Below are positions 16,524-26,565 of a stretch of DNA of 32,000 bases, in pieces. Each line of letters opens with the position of its first letter. Positions within the stretch are counted from its first letter, which is position 1. The position numbers and the translations under genes were made by a program. The notes beneath the pieces are model-generated. The model made no database searches. It was not told the origin of the DNA and saw nothing but the letters and a program-made list of their open reading frames with translations. This DNA is from Allobaculum fili (GTDB lineage: Bacteria > Bacillota_I > Bacilli_A > Erysipelotrichales > Erysipelotrichaceae), in assembly GCF_020969955.1 (NCBI RefSeq), contig NZ_JAHDSX010000013.1:21056-53055 (forward strand). The letters run 5' to 3'.

Positions 16524-17267
16524 CTAGACTTCGAAGGACATCCCGTCATGAGCAAGTTCAAAGCGCGTGCCGGCAATCCGCTGTTCAATGGTCTGCAGAT
16601 CCGATTCACTCCACTCCGGATTTTTGTGGATGAGCAGAATTTTCTCACATGGAGAATCCTTTAAGCCGTCCATTAAGCCTTCCAGAGAGGAATGCGGCTT
16701 GGCGGGATTGTCGCAGATGTCCCAGCACTCATGCAGAAGAACTTTTCCCGGACGGCCCTTCCAGTCTTCGGGATTGAATTTCGTATCGGTGGCATAGATC
16801 AGGCGGTCGTTGACCGTGATTTCATACGAAGGTGCGGAGTGCACCTGCGGGCGCAGCTTGATGTCGGTCTGGCCGATCTGAAAGTGTTCGGAAGGAAAGT
16901 CTTCGATGATCACCTGATCCGCGAAGCGATCGAGCGGACGGGAGAAAAACGGAAAACGAATCAGATCGTGCAGAAACTCGGACGTGGTCTGCGCGTACGC
17001 CAGTTTTCCTGGTCCCATCAGCCGCAGCGTCTTGCCTTTGAGATACGGAAGCAGATAAATCAGACCGTTGAGATGATCGAGATGATAGTGGGAGAAAAGA
17101 ATGGTCAGCGTATCGTATTTCTTTAGAAGCTCCCTGTGCTGCGCCAGGTTGGCAGCGCCGGTTCCGGCGTCTAATAAAATGAGATTCGACTGATCTTCGA
17201 TCAGAAAACAGCTGGTTTGTTCCGCACCAGGAATCCAGCCGGCGCAGCCTAAAACAGTAACGTTCAT
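16524..17267 (-). CDS. MBL-fold metallo-hydrolase (RNase Z/PhnP-like)
   Basis: MNVTVLGCAGWIPG...LLDAGTG...FSHYHLDHLNGL (the HxHxDH motif). AAGGAGAG is the RBS. Confidence 0.8.
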   Translation of the reverse strand: MNVTVLGCAGWIPGAEQTSCFLIEDQSNLILLDAGTGAANLAQHRELLKKYDTLTILFSHYHLDHLNGLIYLLPYLKGKTLRLMGPGKLAYAQTTSEFLHDLIRFPFFSRPLDRFADQVIIEDFPSEHFQIGQTDIKLRPQVHSAPSYEITVNDRLIYATDTKFNPEDWKGRPGKVLLHECWDICDNPAKPHSSLEGLMDGLKDSPCEKILLIHKNPEWSESDLQTIEQRIAGTRFELAHDGMSFEV

Positions 17268-17481
17268 ACACGCTCTCCTTGCGCAGGCGAGTATCGCCTG
17301 TCTGTTTGTATTATCGTCATTTCAAAATGCGCGGTCGACGCGTTTTTTCCGTTCTCGACAGGGATGTATAGAAAACGGGGAAGAGCGCCTTTTGATTTTT
17401 GCGCTTTTCTGCTTTTTTTAAGGTTTAGCCGCTATAGTGGAACCTGTACATCCGACAGCGAGTGGGCTTTTTGGCCTCACA

Positions 17482-17509
17482 TTGGACGCGCAAAAAATCT
17501 GTTTATAAT
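17482..17509 (+). promoter_or_regulatory. Candidate promoter of the lepB-rbgA-rnhB unit
   Basis: TTGGAC (17482-17487), 16-nt spacer, TATAAT (17504-17509). Confidence 0.45.
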
Positions 17510-17678
17510 AAGAGAGTCTCTTTTCGCAGTCTGTACAGGCGAATTCAGAGAAAAAAGTCAGAACGATACAAAATGACGGACGCGGCATATAAGGCCGCCG
17601 GTCCTGTATCGATTCGAACGTTTATACCCGAACCCGAACCGTCCGCAGAAGACGGAGATTAGAAATTGGAGAATCAGT

Positions 17679-18302
17679 ATGGCTAGAAAAAAGAAACAGT
17701 ATCAGTACGAAGATAACCGCACCCTGCTTGACGACATTCTGGATTTCGTCAAAGTGTTTGTGATCAGTGCCATTGTCATCATGCTGTTTGTAAACTTTAT
17801 CGCACACCCCGTAACCGTTGTCGGCCACTCCATGGACCCGACGCTGCAGGATGGCGAATATGGATTTACCAGCGTGATTTCCCCGATGGTTTCGGATCCG
17901 CAGCGCGGCGATATCGTTGTGGTCAACCAGAAAAATGAAGACGGTGAGACCGAGCGCTGGGTTAAGCGTGTCATCGGCCTGCCGGGCGAAACCGTTGAAG
18001 CCAAAAACGGTGACGTTTACATTGACGGTGTAAAGCTCGATGAGAGCGCCTATCTGAAGCAGGACTTTATCGACAGCGCTCTGGCTTCCTATAAAGCCGA
18101 ACACAACCAGCAGGACTACGGACCTTTCACCTTTGATTTTGGTCCCATAACGCTGGGCGAAGACGAGTACTGGGTCATGGGAGACAACCGTATGAAATCC
18201 ATGGACTCCCGTTCGCCGGATGTCGGCCCGATCACACGCGATGAAATTTTCGGAACCGGCGTTCTCGTCCTGTTCCCGTTCAACAAACTGGGGGTTAAAT
18301 AA
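17679..18302 (+). CDS. lepB: Signal peptidase I
   Basis: One TM segment is followed by GHSMDPTLQDGEY (catalytic Ser box), VKRVIGLPGE (Lys box) and GDNRMKSMDSR. Confidence 0.93.
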   Translation: MARKKKQYQYEDNRTLLDDILDFVKVFVISAIVIMLFVNFIAHPVTVVGHSMDPTLQDGEYGFTSVISPMVSDPQRGDIVVVNQKNEDGETERWVKRVIGLPGETVEAKNGDVYIDGVKLDESAYLKQDFIDSALASYKAEHNQQDYGPFTFDFGPITLGEDEYWVMGDNRMKSMDSRSPDVGPITRDEIFGTGVLVLFPFNKLGVK

Positions 18303-19240
18303 TGCCTTCTTCAATTATTCAGTGGTTTCCTGGACATATGGCCAAAGCGCGCCGCCAGATGGAGGAAAACCTGAAGAAAGTGGATTTCATCATCGAAATC
18401 CGCGATGCGCGCATGCCGTTTTCTTCGGCCAACCCGCTGCTCGAAGAGCTGGCGGGAAACAAGCCGCGTCTTGTCCTTCTGTCCAAGATGGACAAAGCCG
18501 ATCCGGTGCAGACGAAAGCCTGGATTGAAGCGCTGCAGAGCGATCATGTCTCCGCCATGGCGGTTGATCTGATTAAAGGCGGCTTTCGCAACAAGATCAT
18601 TTCCAGAAGTCTCGAACTCAATAAGGCGCTGATTGAAAAGCAGAAAAAGCGCGGCATTCGTCCGCGGGCTCTGCGCGCCATGGTCGTCGGCATTCCTAAC
18701 GTCGGCAAGTCCACCTTTATTAACGGACTCGCCGGCCGCAAAGCTGCCGTTACCGGAGACCGTCCCGGTGTCACCAAATCTCTGCAGTGGATCAAAGCCG
18801 GCAGCGATCTGGAAGTTCTTGATACGCCAGGCGTACTCTGGCCAAAATTTGACGATCCGCACAGCGGCCTGATTCTGGCCGCGTTAGGATCGATCAAGGA
18901 CGATGTCGTGCACATGGACGATGTGGCTCTCTATTGCGCCGGATTCCTGTGCGAACACAATCCCGAAGCGCTGCTCAAGACGTATTCGCTCGATCGCATC
19001 GAAGAGACGCCGTGGGAAACGCTCGAAGCGGCCGCCCGCAAAAAAGGCTGGCTTCAGAGAGGATCCGTGGATGAAAACCGTACCATGCGCACCTTCATTC
19101 AGGACATCCGTTCCGGCAAGCTTGGCCGCATTACGTGGGAACTGCCGCCTCAAAAGGAAAGCGCGGACCAGACCTCTGTCTCGGATTCTTCCGAAGAAAA
19201 GGCAGAAGACGCTTCCAAACCAGCCAGTTCGGCAGAATAG
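18302..19240 (+). CDS. rbgA: Ribosome biogenesis GTPase A (YlqF/RbgA)
   Basis: IQWFPGHMAKARRQMEENLKKVDFIIEIRDARMPFSS... shows the circularly permuted GTPase order (LSKMDKAD before GIPNVGKST). The start overlaps the lepB stop. Confidence 0.95.
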   Translation: MPSSIIQWFPGHMAKARRQMEENLKKVDFIIEIRDARMPFSSANPLLEELAGNKPRLVLLSKMDKADPVQTKAWIEALQSDHVSAMAVDLIKGGFRNKIISRSLELNKALIEKQKKRGIRPRALRAMVVGIPNVGKSTFINGLAGRKAAVTGDRPGVTKSLQWIKAGSDLEVLDTPGVLWPKFDDPHSGLILAALGSIKDDVVHMDDVALYCAGFLCEHNPEALLKTYSLDRIEETPWETLEAAARKKGWLQRGSVDENRTMRTFIQDIRSGKLGRITWELPPQKESADQTSVSDSSEEKAEDASKPASSAE

Positions 19241-19263
19241 GACAGTCGAGGTCCTTGTCATTT

Positions 19264-19878
19264 ATGAAGCATCCAATGGAAGAAGAGCTCTGGGGCCAGT
19301 ATCGATACATTCTTGGCATGGATGAAGCCGGCCGGGGCCCGCTTTGCGGACCGGCAGTCGTTGCTGGCGTGATTTTTGAGCCGGGCTATGTCAACGAAGC
19401 GATCAACGACTCCAAAAAGCTTTCGGAAAAGAAACGCGAAGCGCTGTTCGCGCAGATCGTCCAGGACGCAAAAGCCTACTGGATTGTTCTCGTTTCGGAG
19501 CAGACGATCGATACGCTCAATATTTACCGCGCCTGTCAGCAGGCCATGGAACAGATTGCAGAAAAATCGCAGGCGGACTTTGTGCTGAGCGATGCGATGC
19601 CGCTTAGAAACTGCGATCATCACGAAGCCGTCATCAAGGGCGATACAAAATCGATTTCGATTGCGGCTGCCAGCATTCTTGCCAAAGTGACCCGCGATCA
19701 TTACATGCTTGGGCTCGATGAAGCGTATCCCTGGTACGGACTCAAATCCCATAAGGGCTATCCGACGAAAAAGCATCTGGAAGCCATCGAACAGTATGGC
19801 GTGACCGACTTTTACCGTAAAAGCTTTGGTCCCGTCGCCCGCATTTTAGAAAAACAGGAACGTCTCACGTTATTCTGA
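19264..19878 (+). CDS. rnhB: Ribonuclease HII
   Basis: GMDEAGRGPLCGPVV..., DSKKLS and the SIAAASILAKVTRD motifs are present. The start is chosen at the internal ATG at 19264, because the longer ORF-track start overlaps rbgA. Confidence 0.92.
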   Translation: MKHPMEEELWGQYRYILGMDEAGRGPLCGPAVVAGVIFEPGYVNEAINDSKKLSEKKREALFAQIVQDAKAYWIVLVSEQTIDTLNIYRACQQAMEQIAEKSQADFVLSDAMPLRNCDHHEAVIKGDTKSISIAAASILAKVTRDHYMLGLDEAYPWYGLKSHKGYPTKKHLEAIEQYGVTDFYRKSFGPVARILEKQERLTLF

Positions 19879-19889
19879 GGCGTTTTTTT
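19859..19889 (+). terminator. Intrinsic terminator of rnhB
   Basis: AACGTCTCA-cgttattc-TGAGGCGTT (one G-U pair) is followed by TTTTTTT. The stop codon lies inside the stem. Confidence 0.7.
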
Positions 19890-20498
19890 CATGGACAGGC
19901 GAATGCCGCAATTTGTCTCTTTACTGAAAATGAAATATCCTTCATCCTGTCGAATGTACGAATTGAAGAAATGACTAGTTTTGTGTTTTTAAATGGACGA
20001 TTCAGACGCCTGTTCTAGTTTTGGAAGTAGTCGAATTACGGTTAAAACGTGAGCCGGCTTGAATGAGCTCGTGATACTTTCCTATCGGAAGTGGACAGGA
20101 TCTCAATTCAGAACGCAAGAAAAGCAATTGCCAGATCGTCTGTGAAAAAATGAGCATTCTGTATGGAAATTTCCCATCGCAGGCTTTGAAAAATGACGTT
20201 TGGGGCGGAATCTGTTTTCATACTCTACAGGTTCCATCCGCAAAAGGACGCGCCTTAATCCGTGATCGACTCCAAAGTGCAGGAAGGCATTTGTTTTGAA
20301 ACGGAATTACACTTGTCAGGAAAAGGAATTGAAACTCGCGGAATCTGATGTTAGAACTATGAACGTTTCAATAAACAGCACTCCCCTGCCGGGAAGGTGC
20401 AGACCGCTCGTCCAGAATGGCGAGTTCCGGCTGCAGGTTCCTCCCGAAATTTACCCCGAAGCCGCATGGAGTGCTTAGAGAAAGGAAGGCATTCCAAT

Positions 20499-22742
20499 TT
20501 GAAAAAGAAACTTGTTATTGTCGAATCGCCGTCCAAGGCAAAGACAATTGAAAAATATTTAGGAGACAGCTATAAAGTTGTGTCCTCCAAAGGTCATATC
20601 TGCGATCTCGCGACCTCCGGCAAAGGCGGTCTGGGAATCGATATCGAACACGACTTCAAACCGACCTACCGCATTTCCAAGGAAAAGAAGGAAGTCGTAA
20701 AAGAACTGAAAAATCTCGCGTCGAAATCCGACGGTGTCATTCTGGCAAGCGACCCGGACCGTGAAGGAGAAGCCATCGCCTGGCATCTGGCGAGAGAACT
20801 TGGTCTTTCGACGGATGACAACAACCGCGTCACCTTTCATGAAATTACCAAGCCGGTCGTAACGCAGGCCATTCAGGATCCGCACCAGATCGACATGAAC
20901 CTGGTGCGCTCGCAGGAAGCCCGCCGTATTCTCGACCGCATTATCGGATTCAAGCTGTCCAAACTGCTCCAGAACAAGATCCAGTCCAAATCCGCCGGAC
21001 GCGTTCAGTCCGTTGCCCTGCGCCTGATCGTGGAGCGCGAAGAAGAAATCCGCAAATTCGTTGCGGAAGAATACTGGACGATCGAAGCCAAAGTCAAAAA
21101 AGGCAACTCGACGTTCGAAGCGTCGCTGACCAAAGTCGACGGCAAGAAAGCCGAAATCAAAAACGAACAGGAAGCTAACGCGATTCTCGAGCGGGCCAAA
21201 TCCATCCCCTTTACCGTAAAGAGCGTGAGCACCCGCAAGAAAAGCAAAGCGCCAAAGCTCCCGTTTACGACGTCGACTCTCCAGCAGGAGTCGTCCACAA
21301 AGCTCGGCTACGGCGCCAAGAAGACGATGAACATCGCCCAGAAGCTGTATGAAGGTGTGGACCTCGGCGGAACGACCACCGGTCTGATTTCCTACATGCG
21401 TACCGACTCCACCCGTCTTTCTCCGCTGTTCGTAACCGATGCGGAAAACTACATCGACCGCGAATACGGTTCCGACTACAAAGGCACCGCGCACCAGAAA
21501 AACTCCACAAACGCGCAGGACGCTCACGAAGCCATCCGTCCAACGGACATCACCCAGACGCCGGACAAGGTTCGTCCGTATCTGACCAACGAACAGTACC
21601 GTCTGTACTCGCTCATTTACGCAAGAACGCTGGCTTCTCTGATGGCCGATGCACAGTTCAATGTGACCAGCGTCAAGTTCGAAGCCGACGGCTGCGAATT
21701 CAGCGCCAGCGGCCAGACGATGCTGTTCGACGGTTACACGAAGGTGTATTCCAAATACGAAAAGCAGACCAACAGCCTGCTGCCGGTCATGAAACCGGGC
21801 GAAGTGATGAACCGCGTCGAAATTTTGTCCAGCCAGCACTTCACCGAACCGCCTGCACGCTATACCGAAGCCAGACTGATCAAGACGCTCGAAGAAAAGA
21901 GCATCGGCCGTCCGTCGACGTACGCTTCGATTATCGATACCCTGCAAAACCGCAGCTACGTTACACTGGAACCGAGCAGCGAAGGCTCGAAGACCAAAGT
22001 CTTCCGTCCGACCGAACAGGGCGAACTGACCAACTCCAAGCTTCAGGAATTTTTCCGCAAGATCATTAACGTCCAGTACACCGCGGACATGGAAAAGAAC
22101 CTGGACATTATTGCCGAAGGCCAGGAAGACTACGTGGAATTCCTGAAGGAGTTTTACGATGACTTCGAACCGCTCGTGGAAAAAGCCTACGAGAAGATGC
22201 CGAAGAAGGAACTTGAAAAAGTCGGCCGCGCCTGCCCGGACTGCGGAGGCGATCTCGTCTACCGCAACGGCCGCTACGGCAAGTTCATTTCCTGCATCAA
22301 CTACCCGACGTGCAAATATACCGAAAACGCGGATCCCGTTTTAAACGAACTCGCGAAAACCGAAAAGATCTGCCCGGAATGCGGCAGCCACATGCAGATC
22401 AAGAAAGGCCGCTTCGGTCCGTTCTGGGCGTGCACCCGCTATCCGGAATGCAAGCACATTGAACCGCTGAAGGAAAAAGCCAAACCGAAGCCGACCGGCG
22501 AAATGTGTCCGGAATGCGGCAGCCCGCTTGTTGAACGCATCAGCCGCTACGGAAAACCGTTCGTCGGCTGCTCCAACTATCCAAAGTGCCGCTACATTAA
22601 AAAGACGCCAAAAGCCGCAAAAGACGTCGATCCGGCCCAGAGTGCTGCGGAAGACGCTGCGGTGGATGCGGCCGTTGAAGCCGCTGCCGAAGCGGCAGCG
22701 GAACAGAGCGCCGTGGCTTCCATGTCTGGAGAAAACAGCTGA
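20499..22742 (+). CDS. topA: DNA topoisomerase I
   Basis: A TTG start at 20499 gives (M)[21 protein letters not shown], the typical TopA N-terminus, behind the AAAGGAAGG RBS. The Toprim and catalytic regions include ISYMRTDS, and three CxxC...CxxC zinc ribbons follow. An Ala-rich acidic tail ends the protein. The ORF-track GTG at 20397 adds an implausible extension. Confidence 0.95.
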   Translation: MKKKLVIVESPSKAKTIEKYLGDSYKVVSSKGHICDLATSGKGGLGIDIEHDFKPTYRISKEKKEVVKELKNLASKSDGVILASDPDREGEAIAWHLARELGLSTDDNNRVTFHEITKPVVTQAIQDPHQIDMNLVRSQEARRILDRIIGFKLSKLLQNKIQSKSAGRVQSVALRLIVEREEEIRKFVAEEYWTIEAKVKKGNSTFEASLTKVDGKKAEIKNEQEANAILERAKSIPFTVKSVSTRKKSKAPKLPFTTSTLQQESSTKLGYGAKKTMNIAQKLYEGVDLGGTTTGLISYMRTDSTRLSPLFVTDAENYIDREYGSDYKGTAHQKNSTNAQDAHEAIRPTDITQTPDKVRPYLTNEQYRLYSLIYARTLASLMADAQFNVTSVKFEADGCEFSASGQTMLFDGYTKVYSKYEKQTNSLLPVMKPGEVMNRVEILSSQHFTEPPARYTEARLIKTLEEKSIGRPSTYASIIDTLQNRSYVTLEPSSEGSKTKVFRPTEQGELTNSKLQEFFRKIINVQYTADMEKNLDIIAEGQEDYVEFLKEFYDDFEPLVEKAYEKMPKKELEKVGRACPDCGGDLVYRNGRYGKFISCINYPTCKYTENADPVLNELAKTEKICPECGSHMQIKKGRFGPFWACTRYPECKHIEPLKEKAKPKPTGEMCPECGSPLVERISRYGKPFVGCSNYPKCRYIKKTPKAAKDVDPAQSAAEDAAVDAAVEAAAEAAAEQSAVASMSGENS

Positions 22743-24088
22743 TGAGCGAGACGAAAGTAACCGTCATCGGCGGCGGACTGGCCGGCTGTGAAGCCGCCTG
22801 GCAGCTTGCAAACCGTTCGATTGACGTCACGCTGTATGAAATGCGGCCGATTGCCTATCCGCCTGCATTCCATACAGACGGATTTGCGGAACTTGTCTGC
22901 TCCAATTCGCTGCGCTCCGATTCGCTCAACAACGCAGTCGGCGTAATGAAAGAAGAAATGCGCCGGCTCAATTCGCTGATTCTCAAGGCAGCCGACGAAA
23001 GCCGCGTGCCCGCCGGCTCTGCACTGGCCGTCGATCGCGAGCGTTTCTCGCAGATCGTGACCGAGACGATTGAAAATCATCCAAATATTACGGTTGCACG
23101 TCAGGAAGTCACCGAAATTCCGGAAGGACCGGTCATCATTGCAGCCGGCCCGCTCTGCTCGGACAAGCTGGCGGATCAGATTCTAGAGCTGACCGGCATC
23201 GACAGCATGCATTTCTTTGATGCCGCCGCACCGATTGTCGAAAAAGATTCGATCGACTTTTCCAAGGCGTATTTCAAAAGCCGCTACGATCGCGGCGAAG
23301 CTTCCTATATTAACTGCGCGATGAATGCGGAAGAATATGACCGCTTTTATCACGCGCTGATCGAAGCGGAATGCGCGAAACTGCACGATTTTGAAAAAGA
23401 TCCCAAAGTGTTCGAAGGCTGCATGCCGGTCGAAGAAATGGCACGAAGAGGCTATCAGACGCTGCTCTTTGGTCCGCTCAAGCCGGTCGGTCTCGAACGG
23501 GAAGGGGAACGCCCTGTAGCGGTTGTTCAGCTCCGCCAGGACAACCTTTCGGGTTCTCTCTATAACATCGTCGGCTTCCAGACGCATCTTACCTGGCCCG
23601 AACAGAGACGGGTGTTCCGGATGATCCCCGGTCTGGAAAACGCGGTCTTCAGCCGCTATGGCGTCATGCATCGAAACTCGTTTTTAAAGGCTCCGCTTCT
23701 GCTCGATGAGCAGTATCGCCTGAAAAGCCGCCCGGATGTGTTCTTTGCGGGACAGATCGCCGGTGTCGAAGGCTATGTGGAAAGCGCCGCGTCCGGACTG
23801 GTGGCCGGCATCGCAATGGCCAGACAGCTCAAAGGCGAAGAACCAGTTCTCTTTGGCCGCCAGACGGCTATCGGGTCACAGGCCTACTATATTTCCCATG
23901 CCGATCCGAAGCATTTCCAGCCGATGAACGCCAACTTCGGCATCTTTGAACTGACCGAAAAGGTTAAGAAAAAAGAGCGCAAGGAAAAGCTTGCTGCCAA
24001 TGCGCTGGCTCGAATTGACGAAGTGGCCGCTCTGGTCAATGCGGATCAGCCCGCAAAGGAAAATGGATCGGCCGACGACTCAAAATAG
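22742..24088 (+). CDS. trmFO: Methylenetetrahydrofolate--tRNA-(uracil54-C5)-methyltransferase TrmFO
   Basis: [31 protein letters not shown]... The start overlaps the topA stop by 1 nt. Confidence 0.95.
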   Translation: MSETKVTVIGGGLAGCEAAWQLANRSIDVTLYEMRPIAYPPAFHTDGFAELVCSNSLRSDSLNNAVGVMKEEMRRLNSLILKAADESRVPAGSALAVDRERFSQIVTETIENHPNITVARQEVTEIPEGPVIIAAGPLCSDKLADQILELTGIDSMHFFDAAAPIVEKDSIDFSKAYFKSRYDRGEASYINCAMNAEEYDRFYHALIEAECAKLHDFEKDPKVFEGCMPVEEMARRGYQTLLFGPLKPVGLEREGERPVAVVQLRQDNLSGSLYNIVGFQTHLTWPEQRRVFRMIPGLENAVFSRYGVMHRNSFLKAPLLLDEQYRLKSRPDVFFAGQIAGVEGYVESAASGLVAGIAMARQLKGEEPVLFGRQTAIGSQAYYISHADPKHFQPMNANFGIFELTEKVKKKERKEKLAANALARIDEVAALVNADQPAKENGSADDSK

Positions 24089-24101
24089 AAACGGCCGAAA
24101 A

Positions 24102-24179
24102 AAGAAACAAGAACGAGAAGCAAGAATCAGACGTAAGAACCAGACGCAAGAACTAGAAGTAAGAACCAGAAATAAGAAC
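24102..24179 (+). repeat. Six tandem 13-nt purine-rich units (consensus cAGAnGnAAGAAC)
   Basis: Read directly: aagaaacaagaac / gagaagcaagaat / cagacgtaagaac / cagacgcaagaac / tagaagtaagaac / cagaaataagaac. The array lies in the 123-nt trmFO-xerC spacer. Confidence 0.9.
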
Positions 24180-24211
24180 ATAAAATTCCAATAGAAAAGG
24201 GGCGGCAGAAA

Positions 24212-25186
24212 ATGGATACAGTCAAAAACAGAACGGAGGATTCCGTTTCGGCCGCACCTCTTCAGCCTACGGGTTTAGAAAATGAAAAAATGGATGAACG
24301 CATTCAGGCGTTCATCCGTTTTCAGTATTACGCCAACTCGCGCTCTGACGCATCGAGCCAGGCGTATTTGCACGATCTGGGTCAGTTTCAGGACTGGCTG
24401 AACCGGCATCACTTAAGCGACCTGCAGGCCGACCGGCTGGCCATTCTCGAATTTCTGGCGGATCTGCGCCAGAGTCCGCAAAACGAAATGCTTTCCAATT
24501 CGACAATGTGCCGCAAGCTCAGCACGCTGCGCTCCTACTATCACTGGATGCTTGAAAGCGGCCGCATGGAGCAGGTACCTATTGAAGGCATTCACGGCTT
24601 CAAGAAAGAAAAGAGTCTTCCGGAATTTCTGTTTGTCGAAGAAGTCCGGGAATTTCTCAGCGGCTTTGATCTGTCCAATCCGCTTGAGTTTCGCGATCAG
24701 GTACTGTTTTCGCTGATGTACGCGTGCGGTCTTCGTGTGTCGGAAGCGTGTTCGCTGATGTGGGAGCAGATCCGTCTGGATCAGCGCGTACTGGTCATTG
24801 TCGGCAAGGGAAAGAAGGAGCGTGTGGTTCCCATTGCCAAATGGCTCATACCGCTGCTTTTGAAATATCGAGCGCAGTCTGCGGGGAAGGGACTTCTGTT
24901 TTATAACAAGAACGGAAAGCCGCTGACGCCTCGCGGCGTGCAGTACCGTATGCAGAGCCACGCGGATCGCATCGGCATGAACATGAACGTTCATCCGCAC
25001 ATGCTTCGCCATTCGTTTGCCACCCATCTGCTCGACGGCGGGGCCAATCTGCGCGTCGTCCAGGAACTGCTTGGACACTCTTCACTGTCGACGACGCAGG
25101 TGTATACGCACGTTTCCACAGAGAAACTGCAGAAAATCTGCGAGAAAGCTTTTGAAGACTTCATGGTCGACGAGAAGACGTCCTGA
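24212..25186 (+). CDS. xerC: Tyrosine recombinase XerC (CodV-like)
   Basis: The core-binding domain is followed by the catalytic signature (GLRVSE..., HMLRHSFATHLLDGGANLRVVQELLGHSSLSTTQVYTHV). The position after trmFO matches B. subtilis codV. Confidence 0.9.
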   Translation: MDTVKNRTEDSVSAAPLQPTGLENEKMDERIQAFIRFQYYANSRSDASSQAYLHDLGQFQDWLNRHHLSDLQADRLAILEFLADLRQSPQNEMLSNSTMCRKLSTLRSYYHWMLESGRMEQVPIEGIHGFKKEKSLPEFLFVEEVREFLSGFDLSNPLEFRDQVLFSLMYACGLRVSEACSLMWEQIRLDQRVLVIVGKGKKERVVPIAKWLIPLLLKYRAQSAGKGLLFYNKNGKPLTPRGVQYRMQSHADRIGMNMNVHPHMLRHSFATHLLDGGANLRVVQELLGHSSLSTTQVYTHVSTEKLQKICEKAFEDFMVDEKTS

Positions 25187-25430
25187 TTTTTCACGTTCTG
25201 TCTTCGTACAAAATTTTGTCTTCGTACGAATTTCTTTCTTAGTACTTCAGGACTTCAGGCTTCCGTAATGACTGTATTCGGCTTTGCGGAAGCTTTTTGT
25301 TTTCTGGAGAAAACAGAAGTTTTTTCGTCGAAAAAAAGGAATTCGGACTGGACTCCAGCTGCAGCACGCCGGTGAAATCCGGCTTTCGCGCTTTACGTAT
25401 GAACTTTTCGGACGGTAAGTGTCTCAATCC

Positions 25431-25459
25431 TTGAGATCTGAAAAGGGCTTTGCTATAAT
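25431..25459 (+). promoter_or_regulatory. Candidate promoter of rpsB-tsf
   Basis: TTGAGA (25431-25436), 17-nt spacer, TATAAT (25454-25459). Confidence 0.6.
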
Positions 25460-25573
25460 GCTCATTGCGGTTTTAACCGCGGATTACATTACACACACCC
25501 TGAATTCGGATGCCCGTGCATGGAAATGTTGCATCCCTTTGAAAGGGTGGAGGACTAACGGAAAGGACAAACT

Positions 25574-26542
25574 ATGTCAAACATTGTATCCATGAAGAAG
25601 ATGCTGGAGAGCGGTGTTCACTTCGGACACCAGACCCGCAAATGGAACCCAAAAATGAAACCGTATATCTATACGTCCAGAAACGGGCTCTACATCATCG
25701 ACCTCAACAAAACTCTTGAACAGGTAGAAAATGCCTACAACGAACTGAAAGCCATCTCCGAACGCGGAGGAAAAGTTCTCTTTGTTTCCACAAAGAAACA
25801 GGCTGCTGAAATCATCGAAGAACAGGCTCTTCGCTCTGGTTCCTTCTATGTAAACAAACGCTGGCTGGGCGGTCTGCTCACCAATTTCCGCACCATCCAG
25901 AAACGTATCAAACGTCTGGTTGAAATCGAAGAAATGGAAGCCAGCGGAAAACTCGAAGTTTACACGAAGAAAGAACAGGCTCAGATCCTGAAAGAAAAAG
26001 CGAAACTCGAATCTTCCCTTGGCGGTATCAAGGAAATGAAAAAACTTCCGGATGCCATCGTTATCGTTGACCCGAAGGAAGAACACATCGCTGTACTCGA
26101 AGCTAAAAAACTGGGTATCCCTGTATTCGCTCTGCTCGACACCAACTGCGATCCAGAAGATGCAGATTTCCCAATCGCTTCCAACGACGATGCAATTCGC
26201 TCCATTAAACTGCTCACAACCATTCTTGCAGACGCTATCGTAGACGCAAAAGGCGGCCTGCTTGAAATCGCATACCTCGACAATCCTGAAGAAGATGTCA
26301 ACATGGAAGACGTTGTCCGCAATGTTGAAGCTCAGATTGCTGAAAACGAAAGACGCCGTAAAGCCCGTATTGAAGAGCGTCGTAAAAGAAATATGGAACG
26401 CCGCAATGCTGGCAAGCGTCCTTACGGCAACCGTCCGGGCTACAGAGGTTCAAGAGACGGCCAGGGCCCAAGAGGACCAAGACCAGAAGCTAAAGCTGAA
26501 GCAAAAACAGAAGAAAAAACTGCTGAAAATACAGCCGCTTAG
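25574..26542 (+). CDS. rpsB: 30S ribosomal protein S2 with a long basic/acidic C-terminal extension
   Basis: [27 protein letters not shown]... is the core S2 sequence. The final approximately 70 aa are Arg/Lys/Glu-rich low complexity. Confidence 0.95.
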   Translation: MSNIVSMKKMLESGVHFGHQTRKWNPKMKPYIYTSRNGLYIIDLNKTLEQVENAYNELKAISERGGKVLFVSTKKQAAEIIEEQALRSGSFYVNKRWLGGLLTNFRTIQKRIKRLVEIEEMEASGKLEVYTKKEQAQILKEKAKLESSLGGIKEMKKLPDAIVIVDPKEEHIAVLEAKKLGIPVFALLDTNCDPEDADFPIASNDDAIRSIKLLTTILADAIVDAKGGLLEIAYLDNPEEDVNMEDVVRNVEAQIAENERRRKARIEERRKRNMERRNAGKRPYGNRPGYRGSRDGQGPRGPRPEAKAEAKTEEKTAENTAA

Positions 26543-26565
26543 TCGGACAGAAAGAGGACTGAACT

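Noticed and set aside
17625-17641. TACCCGAACCCGAACCG in the lepB leader resembles the ACCCGAACCCG block of the c-di-AMP (ydaO) riboswitch.
   Set aside because: The other conserved ydaO blocks (GGGGACCCA, GGGGUGAAUC, CAGCUAACCUCGUA) are absent. The match is just a CCCGAA dimer.
17573-17662. A 29-aa ORF (MTDAAYKAAGPVSIRTFIPEPEPSAEDGD) in the lepB leader.
   Set aside because: It has no RBS, is not hydrophobic, and nothing distinguishes it from chance. It might conceivably be a leader peptide, but there is no support for that.
20397-20498. An upstream GTG extension of topA, and the overlapping 60-aa ORF at 20296-20478.
   Set aside because: The extension adds a non-conserved Arg/Pro-rich peptide ahead of the canonical [16 protein letters not shown]-terminus. 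A TTG with a good RBS sits exactly at the expected start.
24102-24179. The tandem repeats were considered as a CRISPR array.
   Set aside because: The units are 13 nt and contiguous with no spacers, and there are no cas genes. This is a microsatellite-like tandem repeat, not CRISPR.
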